A DNA stretch of 63,535 bases, counting the filler, from Folioceros fuciformis (taxonomy: Eukaryota): assembly GCA_049999805.1 (NCBI GenBank). It is 4 parts of 4 records of this genome, joined end to end, with 100 filler letters (N's around TTAATTAATTAA, not from the genome) between each part and the next. Parts side by side here need not be neighbours in the genome. Positions count along the whole stretch, not along the records: positions 30,796 to 57,488 come from JBNGIO010004569.1; positions 57,589 to 62,365 come from JBNGIO010004600.1; 2 more parts are not named here. One strand, given 5' to 3'. A program made the translations under genes and the position numbers. The notes under the pieces are model-generated. The model was not told the DNA's origin. It saw only the letters and a list, made by a program, of their open reading frames with translations, and searched no databases. Below are positions 48,361 to 62,465 of this stretch, piece after piece (positions within the stretch are counted from its first letter, which is position 1; each line of letters opens with the position of its first letter).

Positions 48361-48999
48361 GGGTGTGAACCTCCAAAGTTTGGGGTAGTAGTTTGTTTTG
48401 GTTGAAAAAGGGTTGATAGTGGTATGGTTTGGTTTTCTTTTTCAACTTATTTTCCCTAATTTCCTTGATTTTCTGGTCATTTTTCCTATTTTTCTTTGTG
48501 CTAATTAGGTTAATTGACCAGGAAATAGTTGGTTTGGTTATAAGAGTGGGTATAGGTTTGGTCCTAGACCTGGGAAGGTTTAGGTTCGGTACCGAGCCAT
48601 AGGGTTGGGTGATTAGTTTAATATTAATTAAAGATATATAATATTAAATGATTAATAATAATATAATATATTAAATGATAAAAATAATATAATAATGATT
48701 TGAACATAGGAACGGGTATCTGGGTATGTCAGTGTCAGGGGTCAGGGTCTGACGATAGGCTGGCTGATTGCTTGGTTGACATGAACCGCCATGGAGGCCA
48801 TGCCCTAGCTAGAGCTAGAGGCAGGGGTTGCAGTCGCCCCCATCCCTTTTCCCCCTTTCCCCCTTCCTCCTCCATTCCCTTCTCGGTCAGTGCTGGTAGA
48901 GGTCCGCCATTGGGAAGTTGAAGAAAGACCGAAGGTTGACCGCCTTGCACTCAAGCCTCCTAGGCCAATTGTATAGATCAGGTTTGAAAGCCAACTCCC

Positions 49000-49920
49000 A
49001 CTTTTCCGCCAGCCAATACCAACATCAGACTCCTGCCTTACGCGAGGTTTGTGGCCCATTAGAACGTTCGACTTAGGTGCACCACCGCCCTGCGCGAACA
49101 GACTTATAGAGGACCATGATGGACCTAAGCTCCCTTCTTCGGGTATCACCATTATCCCTGCCCTTATCCTCCAAAAGTCCTTTAGGTGAAAGGATCTTGA
49201 ATGACCGCAATTCTTCTTTTTCAGCCGTGCCTGTAAGCCAGACTACCCTATCCAATTCGAGGACTTCCTCCTATTCATCCTTATCAGAATCGGCTCCCTT
49301 ACTATCCATGGAATACGCATACCACCCCTCGGCGCCCCGGTTAGGTTGTTGCCTTAACACCTGATGAACCTTCTCCTTTAACCCCTCTCGCAACCATGAG
49401 AAGATGTGCCGAATATGTCTGGTCCCTAAACCAAATTCACCCTTAACTTCCTCCACCTCCTTCCAGCGAGCCTCTGATCTGTTCCATAGGTGACCAAGCT
49501 GAATAACTCCTTTCCGACATGCCAATCTGAAGATTTGTGACCGATACACCCTAGCCCTAACTTCTGGAGCCCACAACTTCAAGAAACCTTGCAAAGAAAT
49601 ACCCAGAACGTCATCAACTTGCAAAGGGCAACAAGGGAGACTGCATCGATTAACCTCTAAGTAGCTACTCCAGATTGACTTGAAGAGTGGGGAGCACTTT
49701 GCCGTATCAAGAAGTGGTTTATACGCAAGGATGTTGTCGATAGACCTCCTTCCCCTAGGGACAGCTTGAGTGCACTCCAAATGTTGTGTTAGCAAGCTCT
49801 TTTAGGGGTAGAAGGCCGGATCCGCCGCCCTAACAACCCACTGAGCATGCAAGACTTTCATCTTGGCAACCGGATCAACCACCCCAAGCCCCCCCAAACT
49901 ACGTGCCTGGACAATGTGTT
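49000..49920 (-). mobile_element. Probable LINE ORF2 fragment (region after the RT domain)
   Basis: QARSLGGLGVVDPVAKMKVLHAQWVVR resembles the GGLG...W..R motif downstream of LINE RT. Followed by decayed ORFs such as KGVIQLGHLW. Confidence 0.55.
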
Positions 49921-49929
49921 GCAACAACG

Positions 49930-50674
49930 CAACAAGGGATCTATTATCACCTAGATAAACAAACTAATCTGTTATTGGCTGATAGGTTGCAAAGGCATTG
50001 CTGTCAAAACATATGTGCGCTGTTGCACTAGTGTCAAGGTACCATTCATGGAATGATCTAACCTCAATTCTTGTGGACAGACAAGTGGGATAAATAAGAG
50101 GGCATGCAAACTCCCTAGTCCCTACAATAAGGGCTGATAGGGAGGGCTGCTTCTTTACCACGACATGTGTCTCAGAAGAAGAATTGCCCTCCTTGCAAGG
50201 TATTCTGGCCTACTTCTTACGACATTCATGCTCCCAATGGCCTGGAATTTGGCACCAATGGCACTTTCCAGCCTTCTTGGGTTTCTTCTGTGTGGCACCC
50301 TTCTGAGGAGTTCCAGCACTTGAAGAATACTGTCAACCTCGGAAATTATGTTTGCCCCCCTTTCCTCGGTTTGTGGTATAGAGGGCATGTTGTTGCCCCT
50401 TCCAGGTCTTGTTGTTGCCTCTTCCTCAAGAAGAGCTCCCACTAACTCTGTGAATGTCATCTTAGGGAGAGTAACATTTGAAGCCTTTGCTAACTTCATA
50501 GCTGTGAGCTTTGAAGCATTCAATGAGGTCACAAAATGTGACCATGATGGAGGTAAGGACAGCATCAAAAATAGGGCTAACATGTCGTCTTTGACGCTCT
50601 CATTTGAAGCACTCTCAAGCTTTGAAACTAGGTTTCTAAAGGTCCCAAGGTGCTTCTCCATAGAGTCAACATCT
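49930..50674 (-). mobile_element. Copia gag/protease fragment, interrupted by the next element
   Basis: LMLSLPPSWSHFVTSL, zinc knuckle CHWCQIPGHWEHEC and PR-like WYLDTSATAHIC. Confidence 0.85.
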
Positions 50675-53600
50675 TGTTGAGTTATCGAGCTCTATATAAA
50701 CTAAACTCATGTGGTGTTTGTTATCCTGGTTAGGTTCATACTAGACTAGTTCTAGTTATTAGTGAACTTAGGATAGTCTAGATTATCCCATATTGAACCT
50801 GGAAGTTGTGTAGCCCTAAATGTACTACTTAAATGAGGACCTTGGACCTCCATAGTAAGACAGTTGTGATGTGTATTGTTTTTTATTGTGTCCACCAATA
50901 CCACCCTCTCTCCTCTCCTCTCCTCTCCTACACTTGCACATAGATTGGAGTCGATCCTATTGACATGGTATCAGAGCTTGAGAGCTAGATTGCCAAGCGT
51001 AGCCCAGAGCCGCAGAGCCAGGCGGCTACACCTTAAGGCGGTGCAAGATCGACGTAGGAGGTGCTGCAAGAGGCAGCAAGAGTGCACACCAGGAGTTGGA
51101 GCAGCTATGAGGAGTTGGAGCAGCTTGGAGGGAGATTAGTAGCAAGCGTCCCGGCAGCTAACTCTCATATCGGTATGTGCAGGAAGTGAGGAGAAGGGCG
51201 TCCCGGCAGCTAACTGTCATATTGGTGTGTGCAGGAAGTGAGGAGAAGGGCAACAAGGCCTAGTCAGCTTACTGGACGGGCTGTTGATCCCCGGAGCTCT
51301 GTGGAAGGGCTGACAGGTGGAGGCAACAGTTGCAGTAGCCTCAGCAGCTGCAAGAAAGTGTGCTAACCCTAGCTTGGCAGCAGGGAAGGAATTGACAGGA
51401 AATCTCACAGGAGCTTTGTGGGCAGACCGTCAAGAGTTTGTAAGGACAAGGAGCATGAGACAATATGGTTTGCGCAAGGCAACGTGATTCCACACCAGAT
51501 TGCTCTTAGGAAAAAGAGACTTAAGGTCTTGTGAGTAAAACTCCAGTTAGAAGCAGTCTCTTTCTTCCAGACATTTATCAGGTGTGAGTACTCAAGAAGG
51601 ATTGAGTGTCAACCTTGAGTGGTGGCAAGAATGGCCAGTGACAATATTAACTAGATCGTGCAGGAGAAGTTGGACAAAAACAACTTTCATGCCTGGAAGT
51701 TTCATTTTACAAACTTTCTTATGGGAAAGGGTTATTGGGACTACATTGAGGGGGAGTATGAAAAACCCCTTGTAGTACTTGAACGAAATGCAACAGCAGA
51801 GCAGATTAAGGCGCTGAAGGATTGGAGTCAAGGATCTCGGAAGGTCATGTATTGGCTGTCAATCAGCATTCATGACACCATGATTAGGCACATACAGGAT
51901 GTAGAGTTGCCCAAAGAAGCATGGGATGAGTTGGTCAAACTCTATGAGACCAACACGAAGGCGAGGAAAGTGCAGTTGAAGAATGACTTCAACACAATTA
52001 TGAAGAAGAACTTATCAATCAATGAGTACACGTTAAAGATCAAAGAGATAGTGGAATCCCTTGCGTCCATTGGTGTCAGTGTGGAAGATGACGACAAGGC
52101 CAAAGTTTGCTTGCGCGGGTTAACACCTGCCTATAAGTAGTTCAAGACTTCCATACAGACTCGGGAAAACATTCCCAATTCCTCAAACCTGATTTCTATG
52201 TTGATCATAGAGGAGAAAAACCTAGGCAAGGAATCATCCTCTAAGCCTAAGGAAAACTCTGAGCAGGCCTTCTACTCTGGCAGAGGCAGAGGTAGAGCCC
52301 AAGGTGGCAGAGGGCAAAGAGGTGGTAGAGGTCGAAATTCCTACCAAAATCAGCAACAGAATCAGGAGTCCCAGTACAAGAGTACACGTGGAAGAGGAGA
52401 AATTTCTCGAGGCTGGGGGAGTCATAGAGGACGTGGAAATCAACAACAAAAGGATGCAAATGCAAACAATAGTGGTTGTTGGACTTGTGGTAGGTTAGAC
52501 CACTTTGAAAGAGACTGTCCAAGGAGAAATCAAGGCAATAGGAGGCAGCAGAACAATTATGCCTCTAGCAGCAGTCAGAATGACTCAGACAACTTCTTTG
52601 TCATGCAGCATATGCTTAACTCTGTGTCTGCTAATGGATCCACCAATAGTGAGATTGTGTGGTATGTGGACTCAGGAGCTTCAAACCACATGACATGCCA
52701 TGGGGAGTGGTTCAAAGAAATGCAGGTGCTTGACAAACCTGGATATGTGGAAACTGGAGATGACATGACACATGCAATTGTGCATACAGGAACTGTACTT
52801 CTGAAGATGCAGGATGGCAAAGTGAAGTGCTTGCTAGATGTTCTTCACGTACCCAACATCACAAAGAACTTGGTGTCAGTAGGGCAGATGGTTGAGCAAG
52901 GACTGCAGGTTAGGTTTACACGTACAGGACTCTTTGTTGAAGAATGCAAGAAATGCGGTTGCCTGATTGCTCAAGGACAGAAGGTTGGATGAATGTTCAC
53001 CTTGAATGTGGAGGTTCCTAAGCTGAAGTCAGCCATGTTTGCGAAGGGTACAAGGGTAGTTACAGACCTAGAGATGTGGCACAAACGCATTGGACATGTA
53101 AATGTGCAAAAGTTGAAGTCCATGCAACATCATAAGGTTATCACAGGCATACCCAAGCTTGCAGAAACTGGGCTGCAAGGTGTATGTGAAGCATGTCAAC
53201 TTGGGAAATAGCCTAGGAATGCATTCCCCCATGACAAACATGTCAGTAGATATGTGTTGGATGTTGTGCATTCAGATGTATTGGGTCCTACACAGACTGC
53301 ATCAATCAGAGGATGCAAGTACTATGTGACCTTCATTGACGACCACACACGGAAGGTGTGGGTCTATTTCATGAAAGAAAAAAGTGAAGTGATCACTCAT
53401 CACCCGATCAGAATGCAACATAAGACCTGGTACAACTACCTGAAGGCAAGAAACCAATAGGTTGCAAATGGGTGTACAAGGTTAAACACAACGCAGATGG
53501 TAGTGTCAGCAGGTACAAGGCAAGGCTTGTGGCCAAGGGATATGCCAAGACATATTGGAATAGATTTTGAAGAGATTTTCAGTCCAGTTGCCAAAATGGC

Positions 53601-54565
53601 AACAATTCCAACTGTGATCGCACTAGCAGCATCAAAAGGTTGGGTCCTACATCATATGGATGTGAAGAATGCGTTCTTACATGGAGAATTGCTGGAAGAA
53701 GTATATATGGACTAGCCACCAGGTTATGAGGATTTGGATCATCCAAATCATGTGTGCAAGCTGAAAAAAAACGTTGTACGAACTGAAGCAAGCCCCGAGG
53801 GCTTGGCATGAGCGTCTTGCTCAAAATCTGATTCAAATCGGATTCAACATGGCAGATGCGGATCATTCGTTGTATGTGTGCAAAAGTACAAAAGGACTGG
53901 TCTTTGTGATCATTTATGTGGATGATCTAATCATTGTAGGTAATCAGTTGGATCAAGTGGAGCAAATTAAGGAACTTCTGCAACAAGAGTTCAACATGAT
54001 GGACCTAGGTGAATTGAAATTCTTCTTGGGCATTGAAATTATACAAACCAACACAGGCATTTGGCTGTCACAGTGGAAGTATGCATCAAATGTACTAACT
54101 ATGGTATGGTTGAGTGCAAGCCAATCTCGATTCTTTTGGATCAAAATCTGAAGCTCAGTGCTCATGATGGTGAAGCACTTGAAGATCCAACAGTGTACAG
54201 GAAGATTGTGGGTAGCTTGATATATCTCACTCTATCTAGACCAGATTTAAACTATACAGTAGGACTGCAGAGTCAGTTTCTGCAGGTGCCAAGAAAGCCA
54301 CATTTGGATGCAGTAAGGCGAACGTTGTGCTATGTGAAGGCAACTATGAATCATGCTCTCTTTTATGCTGCAGATTCAGAAATAATCTTGTGTGAGTACA
54401 CAGATGCAGATTGGGCAGGCAGTGTTACAGATCGTAGATCTATAAGTGGATTCATATTTTCACTTGGGAGTGCAGCAATAACATGGAGTAGCAAGAAGCA
54501 ACCTACAGTGGCTTTGTCTAGTACAGAAGATGAATACAGAGGCGCAGCAATGGCAGCGTGTGAAG
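50675..54565 (+). mobile_element. Ty1/copia element with 5' LTR and PBS; integrase core deleted; RNase H interrupted
   Basis: LTR 50675-50965 (TGTTG...TGACA), PBS TGGTATCAGAGC at 50966. gag KLDKNNFHAWKF, CWTCGRLDHFERDC and WYVDSGASNHMT. Jumps from early IN (KEKSEV) to RT ([13 protein letters not shown]) near 53400; YVDDLII. Confidence 0.92.
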
Positions 54566-57488
54566 TGATATAATCATAGCACAGCACAAGCGTACGCCGT
54601 GCATGCTTAGATAGAATTAGCTTACAAGCTGGTGTCACGGGAAAGTGACATACCGGCCGTTACAACCGCTAGGGTTAGCTAACCTAGACTTGACCTAACT
54701 AAAGGATAATTAATATCCTATCACTCCCACTCAAGTTGAATTGTTAGCGGCCTGTTAGATCTATTCTATATATATATTTATATTTATATTCTACTAGATA
54801 GTTTGTTTTATCTATAAACCTATCTAACTGTTTAAGAAACTTCTAATTAGCCTACGAAACTTTGACCTAGACTAAAGAAACTTCAACTCTTGAGAGAAAC
54901 TTCGTCTCTTTCTCACGCTCTCGTTTAGCCTTCAAGCGCCCCCTTCAGTCTTCACGCTCTCCACCGCCATGCCCTCTGCTGGACCCTGAATCAGCTGACC
55001 TGCTCCACCTGAGGCTACGCCCCGATGCACGCAAGCCCAAGCCAACTGAATGCTCATAGTGCTTTACTCGCCCCAGGGCCTTGGTCAGAATATCGGCCGT
55101 CATGGCCTCTGTTGGGCAATACACCACCTGAATGATCCCAGCTGTGGCCAGCTCTCGGACATATTGGTGCTGGATTCCAATGTGCTTCGTCCTGGCGTGA
55201 TACCTCGGGTTCATAGTGACCGCGATTACGCTTTGATTGTCGCAATATAGTCGGATTGGCAACTGCTGTTCGAAGCCCAGCTCTCGAAGAGCTCCAACTG
55301 TCCACACTATCTCCTTGCTGGCCTCGGTAAGGCTTTTAAATTCAGCCTCTGTGCTTGACAATGCTATTGTTGGTTGTTTCTTGCTGCTCCATCCAACTGC
55401 AGCTCCAGCTAGGAGGGTGACATAGCTCGACACACTGCGCCTGTCATCAGGGTCTCCTACCCAATCTGCATCACTGTATGCAACCAAGGTAAGCGGCTTG
55501 TCTGCTTTTGCACTGTATAGTAACCCCCAATATGTTGTTCCTGTTAGGTATCGGTACTACCTAGTCATCAGGTCACTGTGCTTGGCATTGGGGTTTGATA
55601 CAAACCTAGACGTCAGCCCAGAAGAGAAGCTAATGTCAGGCCTGGAACCGATCATCAGATGCATGACACTACCATTTCTGGATGCATAATCCTAGACTGC
55701 AGGGATCTCTTCTTTAGGTATGTCCCCAACCTGTGCAGAATACTTGACATTCTGCTCTACTGGGGTTGCCACTGACTTGCAGTTCTCCATACCATATCTT
55801 GCCAGAATTTCTCTGGTGTATTTTGCCTGATGCAAGAATATAGTCCCAGCTTTGCGATCTCTCACCAAATGCATGCCCAAGCAGAAGTGAAGAGGTCCAG
55901 AATCAGTCATCTTAAATTCTGAACCCAGCTGCTGTTTTACAATTTTGATCATCTTCCAGGAATTGCTCATGACAATAATGTCATCCACATAAATGGCAAG
56001 TGCAAGCAATTTCTTTCCTTCTCGCTTGACATACACGTTGGTGTAAGCATGGATACTGACATAGGAGAGTGCATTCAGGAAGGCGTCTATGTGTGCATAC
56101 CAAGCTCTTGGACTTTGTTTAAGTCCGTATATGGTTTTCTTCAATTTTCACACAGGTCGAGGAAGGTTGGATGTGACTGGAACCCCTTCAGGTACGTCCA
56201 TAAAGATCTCCTCGTCTAGCTTGCTATAGAGGAACGCGGTTTTGACATCTAATTGCTCCAACTCCAGGTCCTCGACAGCTGCTAGTGCAACAAACAGCCT
56301 CAGGGTCGTGAGCTTGACCACTGGGCTGAATGTGTCGTCATAGTCAATCCCAAGAATCTGGGAGTATCCTTTTGCCACGAGCCTAGCCTTGTACCTCTCA
56401 ATGCTTCCATTGGCCTTCAACTTAATTTTGAAGACTCATCTGCAGCCTACAGCTTTTCTACCTTCAGGTAAGGTTGCTATGGTCCAAGTTTCATTCTCAT
56501 ACAACGATGCAAGTTTAGATTCAATGGCCTTCAGCCATAACTTAGCATCAGGACAATTCATAGCCTCTTGATAGGACTATGGCTCGTATAGTTGTGCACC
56601 GGCATTCAGGCAGTAGGTCAAGTGAGTTTTTGGGTGCCTGAAATCTTCATACTCATAAAAGTCAGGCTGCTTGTGCGTACGAGCTGACTGGCGAGGTGCC
56701 AGATGTGAGTGTTTGTCCTTCCGTCGCTGCTGCAATTTAGGTTGAGCAGCGACATGCCCAGAGGAGGCATCTTCATGCCCATCGCCAAGATTAAATGCCA
56801 CATGAGGTGTGATAGGTGAGTCCTGCATGCTCCTGCTGCTCACCACACGTCCAGGATTTCGTAAAGGGGTGTAAACCCTTGGTGACTGTGCCACATTTCT
56901 GGGTGCTGCTACTGGAATATGCTGTACAGGAATATGCTGTGGGACTGGTTGCACAGCAGCAGGAAGCGGCACTCTTACATCACCTACAATCATCTCATTG
57001 TTTTCAATGTCGGAGGATTCATCCTCCGAGTCCTCAAAGTGGCTGCTCCCACTTGCTGAGCAAACTCGACACCTTCCACGAATACCACATCTCGTGAGTG
57101 TATCACCTTCCTAGTTTGCTTGTGTACAAGCTTGTATCCTTTGATACCATCTGTGAACCCTACAAAAATACATGGTCTGGATTTTGGTTCAAACTTCTAT
57201 GGATGTCCTTGTGAATGTGTGCATATGTAGGAGATCCAAACACACGCATATGAGCTACACTTGGTCTTCTTCCCGTCCATAGCTCATAGGGCATGGCACC
57301 TGGAATAGTAGAGTGTGGGATTCTGTTTTGAATGTAGTTGGCATAAGCCACGGCCTCAGCCCAAAAACTTTTAGGTCAGTTAGCATATTGGAGCATAGTA
57401 GAGGCTGAGGTCTCTAGCGTCCAGTTCTTGTTTTCTGCTAGGCCATTTTGCTGCGGAGTATGTGGGTTCGTTAGCTGTCTCACAATGC
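54566..57488 (-). mobile_element. Ty1/copia element with short 158-bp 3' LTR, inserted in the RNase H of the previous element; 5' part lost in gap
   Basis: LTR 54566-54723 (TGATA...TATCA) preceded on the minus strand by PPT gagtgggag. RH YSDADW and CDNQSVI; RT QLDVKTAFL and IYVDDII; IN C-terminus VGFTDGIKGYKL. Confidence 0.88.
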
Positions 57489-57588
57489 NNNNNNNNNNNN
57501 NNNNNNNNNNNNNNNNNNNNNNNNNNNNNNNNTTAATTAATTAANNNNNNNNNNNNNNNNNNNNNNNNNNNNNNNNNNNNNNNNNNNN
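57489..57588. other. 100-bp assembly gap with artificial TTAATTAATTAA linker
   Basis: 44 N + linker at 57533-57544 + 44 N. Confidence 0.95.
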
Positions 57589-58434
57589 TCCAGGTCTTGT
57601 ACGCTCGTGCAAATTCGCAATGTTCAGTCAGCATTCCCTGTACCGTAACGAGGACGCCATCGCCAGGGCTTGAGCAAATGTGCAGATCAATTCGAAGAAC
57701 TGTTGAAGTCACTCAATTACAAGGGATGTCATGAGGTCACTAAACAAGTGGGGCTCTGCACGCCTTATGTACTAGCAACTTAGGGTTTAGGGTGGATGGT
57801 GATATTGATATCGCTCATACTACCACGATAGCTAGGTGGGACGTCCTGTGTCCCACCAGAAAATCCTCCAACGCAGGCCCGTGTCTGCACACGTGAGCTT
57901 CGTCAGTTTCAGCGTCTGAATTCCGGGATGTTGATAGACGTGTGGGATCTCAACAGCCGCAGTTTAAGTGCATCTCACCTCCTGATTCCAGGCGCCGAGA
58001 AATCGTCGGGATTAGTGCAGATAAGTGATAGAATAATAGATTCTAAGTTAAAGATTATATGCATGTTCACCTTTAACCTTAGAATTTATTATTTCTATTA
58101 TGCAAAAATTATGCCAAAATTTCTCTTACGAATCTTGTTGAAAGTTGTTTCTTATTATCATACTTAGAAATAAAAAATTATGTGATTTGATCTATGAAGT
58201 GTATTAATATTCTTAAGTTTTTAATATAAAGTATAATATACATTGAAGATATATTTATTAGTACATGGAGTAGAATGTGGCATACTAAATCAAACAAAGA
58301 AGAGGTTGGACTATTTTAGGCTTTTCACCTTGGGTATCTATGGGTATATATCCCAAAATGCATTTTTCGGTTGTGTCCGGCTTGGGCATCACCTTGAAAC
58401 AAATATTTTTCTATGTGTTTTCGAACACTCAAAG

Positions 58435-58650
58435 TTGCTGATATGTTTTAGAAGTTTTTTTTCCCGTTGCTCAAATGTTTTAGAAGTTTTTCTCTTGTTG
58501 CTCAAATGTTTTAGAAGTTTTTTTCCCATTGCTCAGATGTTTTAGAAGGTTTTTTCCCGTTGCTCAGATGTTTTAGAAGTTTTTTTCCTGTTGCTCAGAT
58601 GTTTTAGAAGTTTTTTTCCCGTAGCTCAAATGTTTTAGAAGTGTTTTCCC
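58435..58650. repeat. ~31-bp tandem repeat, about 7 copies
   Basis: Unit ttgctcagatgttttagaagtttttt(t)cccg and variants. Confidence 0.9.
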
Positions 58651-61213
58651 AAGAACATTTCTCAGACAGACGTTCAATGTCATATTACACAACCAGGTGA
58701 GTACAACTGCACATCGAGTGTGTGAGCCACTTCCATTGGAAGTAGAGTCGTTTGAGGCCTTGGGTGCGATCGTCTAGTCTAAACAAGAGGGATGTCATGA
58801 GATGGGGGCCAAGGGGAGTGTAGGTGAGGGGAATTTTCGGTCTAGCAACCTCAAGGTGTAGCAGTGCACAGCGGACAGCCTAGCAGTTTACATTGTCACG
58901 TTTGGAGAAGAGAAATAGCTTGCAAGTTGAAGTTGAGGTGAGGGTGGCGTGGGCGTGGCGTGGGTGGAAAAGGAACAAGAGGGGAAACAGGAGCGAGAGC
59001 AGGGACAAAGGTGAGGGGTGCAGTCGATGACTAAGGGNNNNNNNNNNNNNNNNNNNNNNNNNNNNNNNNNNNNNNNNNNNNNNNNNNNNNNNNNNNNNNN
59101 NNNNNNNNNNNNNNNNNNNNNNNNNNNNNNNNNNNNNGGGTGGCTGGGAGGGGTGGGGGTAGGGAGGAGCCGTGCAGGCGGGTAGGAAGGAAGTGCATGG
59201 GATAGTGGGAGTGGGAAGTGGTAGGACTGAGGCACAGTGCACGTGGCAGAGGGAGGGTGAGTGGGCCACGAGCGGCGTGGGTGGAGAAGACTACGAGTAG
59301 GGTGTGCTGTGTCGAAGGTGGAGATGGACTTCACAAGCACAAGTGGAAGTGTGCTCAATGATGTAGTGGGAGGTGGGACAAGAGATGATGGTAGTGAGGA
59401 CTTGATGGAGAAAAGTACCATGATAACAAGGCGAGCGAGGGCTAGAGAGCACTTCCAAGAGGGCCCATTGCCCCTTGCAACTCTATGGGCTATCGCAGTG
59501 GAGAGGAGGTCTAGGGGGACACCAACAGAGCTAGTTGTAGAAATTGGCTGCTAAATGAGTACATTGAGGAGATGGATGGCACAGTGCCCTAGGTAGACGA
59601 GTGTATACGTGGGGCCACAAAGGTTAGTTGATGATGTGGCCACGCTCATACGGGAAAATGTTGCAATCACACGGCATGCTATCACATATGGGGTGTAGGC
59701 AGTGTTGCTGAATGCGAGGCACATAGTGCCCAAAAGGCAAGTGGTGGCTGCACTTGAGGCAATGCAACTGGAGGGAATGGCACTATGGGCATGGAATCGT
59801 ATTCGACAGGTGCAATACTCAAATCAGACACTAATGTACATGTGGCACATAGATTGTGAGTGTCTGCACCTTGTCACGTTAAGCTTGTTGATGTTGTCAC
59901 CTGCCTAAGAACTACGGTGGCTTGGTTCTAGCATATGATAAAATGTACATGTTCCACATGAGGGTGCATGCAGCAATCAATGGGGCAACACACTACATAA
60001 GGTGCATAGTGTTGGCCAACAACAAATGTGCAGAAACCATCTATGATGTGTACATGGTGGCTATGCAAAGATTTGGCCACCCACAATAGCTGAGGTCAGA
60101 CTATGCATCAAAGCACAACTTGGTGGAGGTGGATTTCAAGATGGCACGGCCACGGGAGAATGGAAGCAACTTCATCAGAGGACCCTCGGTCTACATTGTA
60201 ACCAGGTGTAGAGGAAAAACTATTTGCAAACCCCCTTCTCGAGTGATAGATCTGGTGGACTTTGGTTTTTTTTGTGAAGTGAAGAAGAAAACGGCTTAGG
60301 TTGAGAATAAACAGGGACAAATATACACAATACCTCCTTGGACCATGGCGTTTCGGAGTAGACCAGTAACCGGACCAGGTGTTCGGGGGGGGCTTGTTGG
60401 TCCTTGGTTCTCGGTGGTTGAATAGATACTAGGGATCCTATATATGNNNNNNNNNNNNNNNNNNNNNNNNNNNNNNNNNNNNNNNNNNNNNNNNNNNNNN
60501 NNNNNNNNNNNNNNNNNNNNNNNNNNNNNNNNNNNNNNNNNNNNNNGGAATGACCCCTAGGAGAGGTAGGTTGTGTACTTAGGCTAGAAAATAAGGATGT
60601 CGTGACTCAGCAACGATAGGGGAAGGTGAACCACCGTCATGGAAGGACGACTAGTAGTGGAGCTCCAGTGGGCAGCGGAACCAGAATGACCAGCCAGGCA
60701 GAAAACCCTAAGGATCAGGAGGGTCCAAGTGTGATCTTGAAAAGGGAGCACAACCAAGGAGTCGGGGAGTGAAAGTGGTGGACGGGATGTAAGCGGGAGA
60801 TGCGCAACCTAAGCGAAGGACGGGCAGGCGCAGCGGCTTTTGAGCGAGACAGGGACAGCGCATGTGTCGACCAACCAAGGGGAGGCACGGAATTGAGAGA
60901 GACTGAGGAAGATGAAGAAGGAGAGAGTCGCAGCAGAGCTGGTGCCGGCGGCCGTGGCCAGGGACGAGGAACAGGTCCCTGTGGCTCAGGTCAAGGTCGC
61001 TCTTTGGCCAAACATGGACCACTGGAGGGCCAGAGCTAGAGGGCTGGTGGAAGAGCTAAGCCTCGGGTTCATGGCCCAACGATGGAACCACGCAGCACCT
61101 GCCTTGGTGCAAGAGTGTGCTCGGCACCTGAGAAGCCCAGCGAAGGAGAAAGGGATCAGGGGGAATCCGCAGGACTGGAGCGTCGACCTGGTCCGATCTG
61201 TGTATGGGCGCAG

Positions 61214-62365
61214 TGTCAATAGGATCGACTCCAGTCTACGTGCAAGTGTAGGAGAGGAGAGGAGAGAAGAGAGGGTGGTATTGGTGATCACAACCAAAAA
61301 ACAATACACATCACCACTGTCTTACTATGGAGGTCCGAGGTCTCCATTTAAGTAGTACATTTAGGGCTACACAACTTCCAAGTTCAATATGGGATAATCT
61401 ACACTATCCTAAGTTCACTAATAACTAGAACTAGTCTAGTATGAACCCCACTGGGATAACTAACACCACATGAGTTTAGCTCATATAGAGCTCGATAACT
61501 CAACACTCCCCCTCGAGCTCAACATAGCATCTGTACGCCTAACATAGCTCAGAATTTCTTCAGCTTCTCTGCTCCCATTGGCTTAGTAAATATATCGGCT
61601 ATCTGCTCGTCTGTGTTGACATACACAAGATCAATAGCTCCAGATAAAATCCTTTCGCGAAGAAAATGATAATGTATTTCAATGTGTTTTGTCCTGGCAT
61701 GAAACACTGGGTTTCGCGCCAACTGTATGCTGCTAAGATTGTCACAGTAGATAACAACCTTGTCGTTGACCTGCAATCCAAAATCTCCGAGTAACTTACA
61801 AATCCAAGTCACTTCACACGCTGCCATTGCTGTGCCTCTGTATTCAGCTTCTGTACTAAACAAAGCCACTGTAGGCTGCTTCTTGCTACTCCATGTAATT
61901 GCTGCACTCCCAAGTGAAAAAGGGAATCCACTTGTAGATCTACGATCAGTAACACTGCCTGCCCAATCTGCATCTGTGTATCCATACAGGTTTATTTCTA
62001 AATCTGCAACATAAAAGAGAGCATGATCCATAGTTGCCTTCACATAGCGCAACGTTCGCTTTACTGCATCCAAATGTGGCTTTCTTGGCGCCTGCATAAA
62101 CTGACTTTGCAATCCCACTGTATAGTTCAAATATGGTTGGGATAGAGTGAGATATATCAAGCTACCCACAATCTTCCTGTACATTGTTGGATCTTCAAGT
62201 GCTTCACCATCATGAGCACTGAGCTTTAGATTTTGATCCAAAGGAATCGAGATTGGCTTGCACTCAACCATACCATACTTAGTAAGTACATCTGACGCAT
62301 ACTTCCGCTGTGACAGCCAAATGCCTGTGTTGGTTCGTATAATTTCAATGCCCAAAAAGAACCTC
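61214..62365 (-). mobile_element. 3' end of a Ty1/copia element (RT/RNase H, PPT, 3' LTR), same family as 50675-54565
   Basis: LTR 61214-61505, PPT gagggggag just inside. ORF 61549-62355 is nearly identical to the translation of 54061-54573. Confidence 0.92.
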
Positions 62366-62465
62366 NNNNNNNNNNNNNNNNNNNNNNNNNNNNNNNNNNN
62401 NNNNNNNNNTTAATTAATTAANNNNNNNNNNNNNNNNNNNNNNNNNNNNNNNNNNNNNNNNNNNN
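62366..62465. other. 100-bp assembly gap with artificial TTAATTAATTAA linker
   Basis: 44 N + linker at 62410-62421 + 44 N. Confidence 0.95.
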
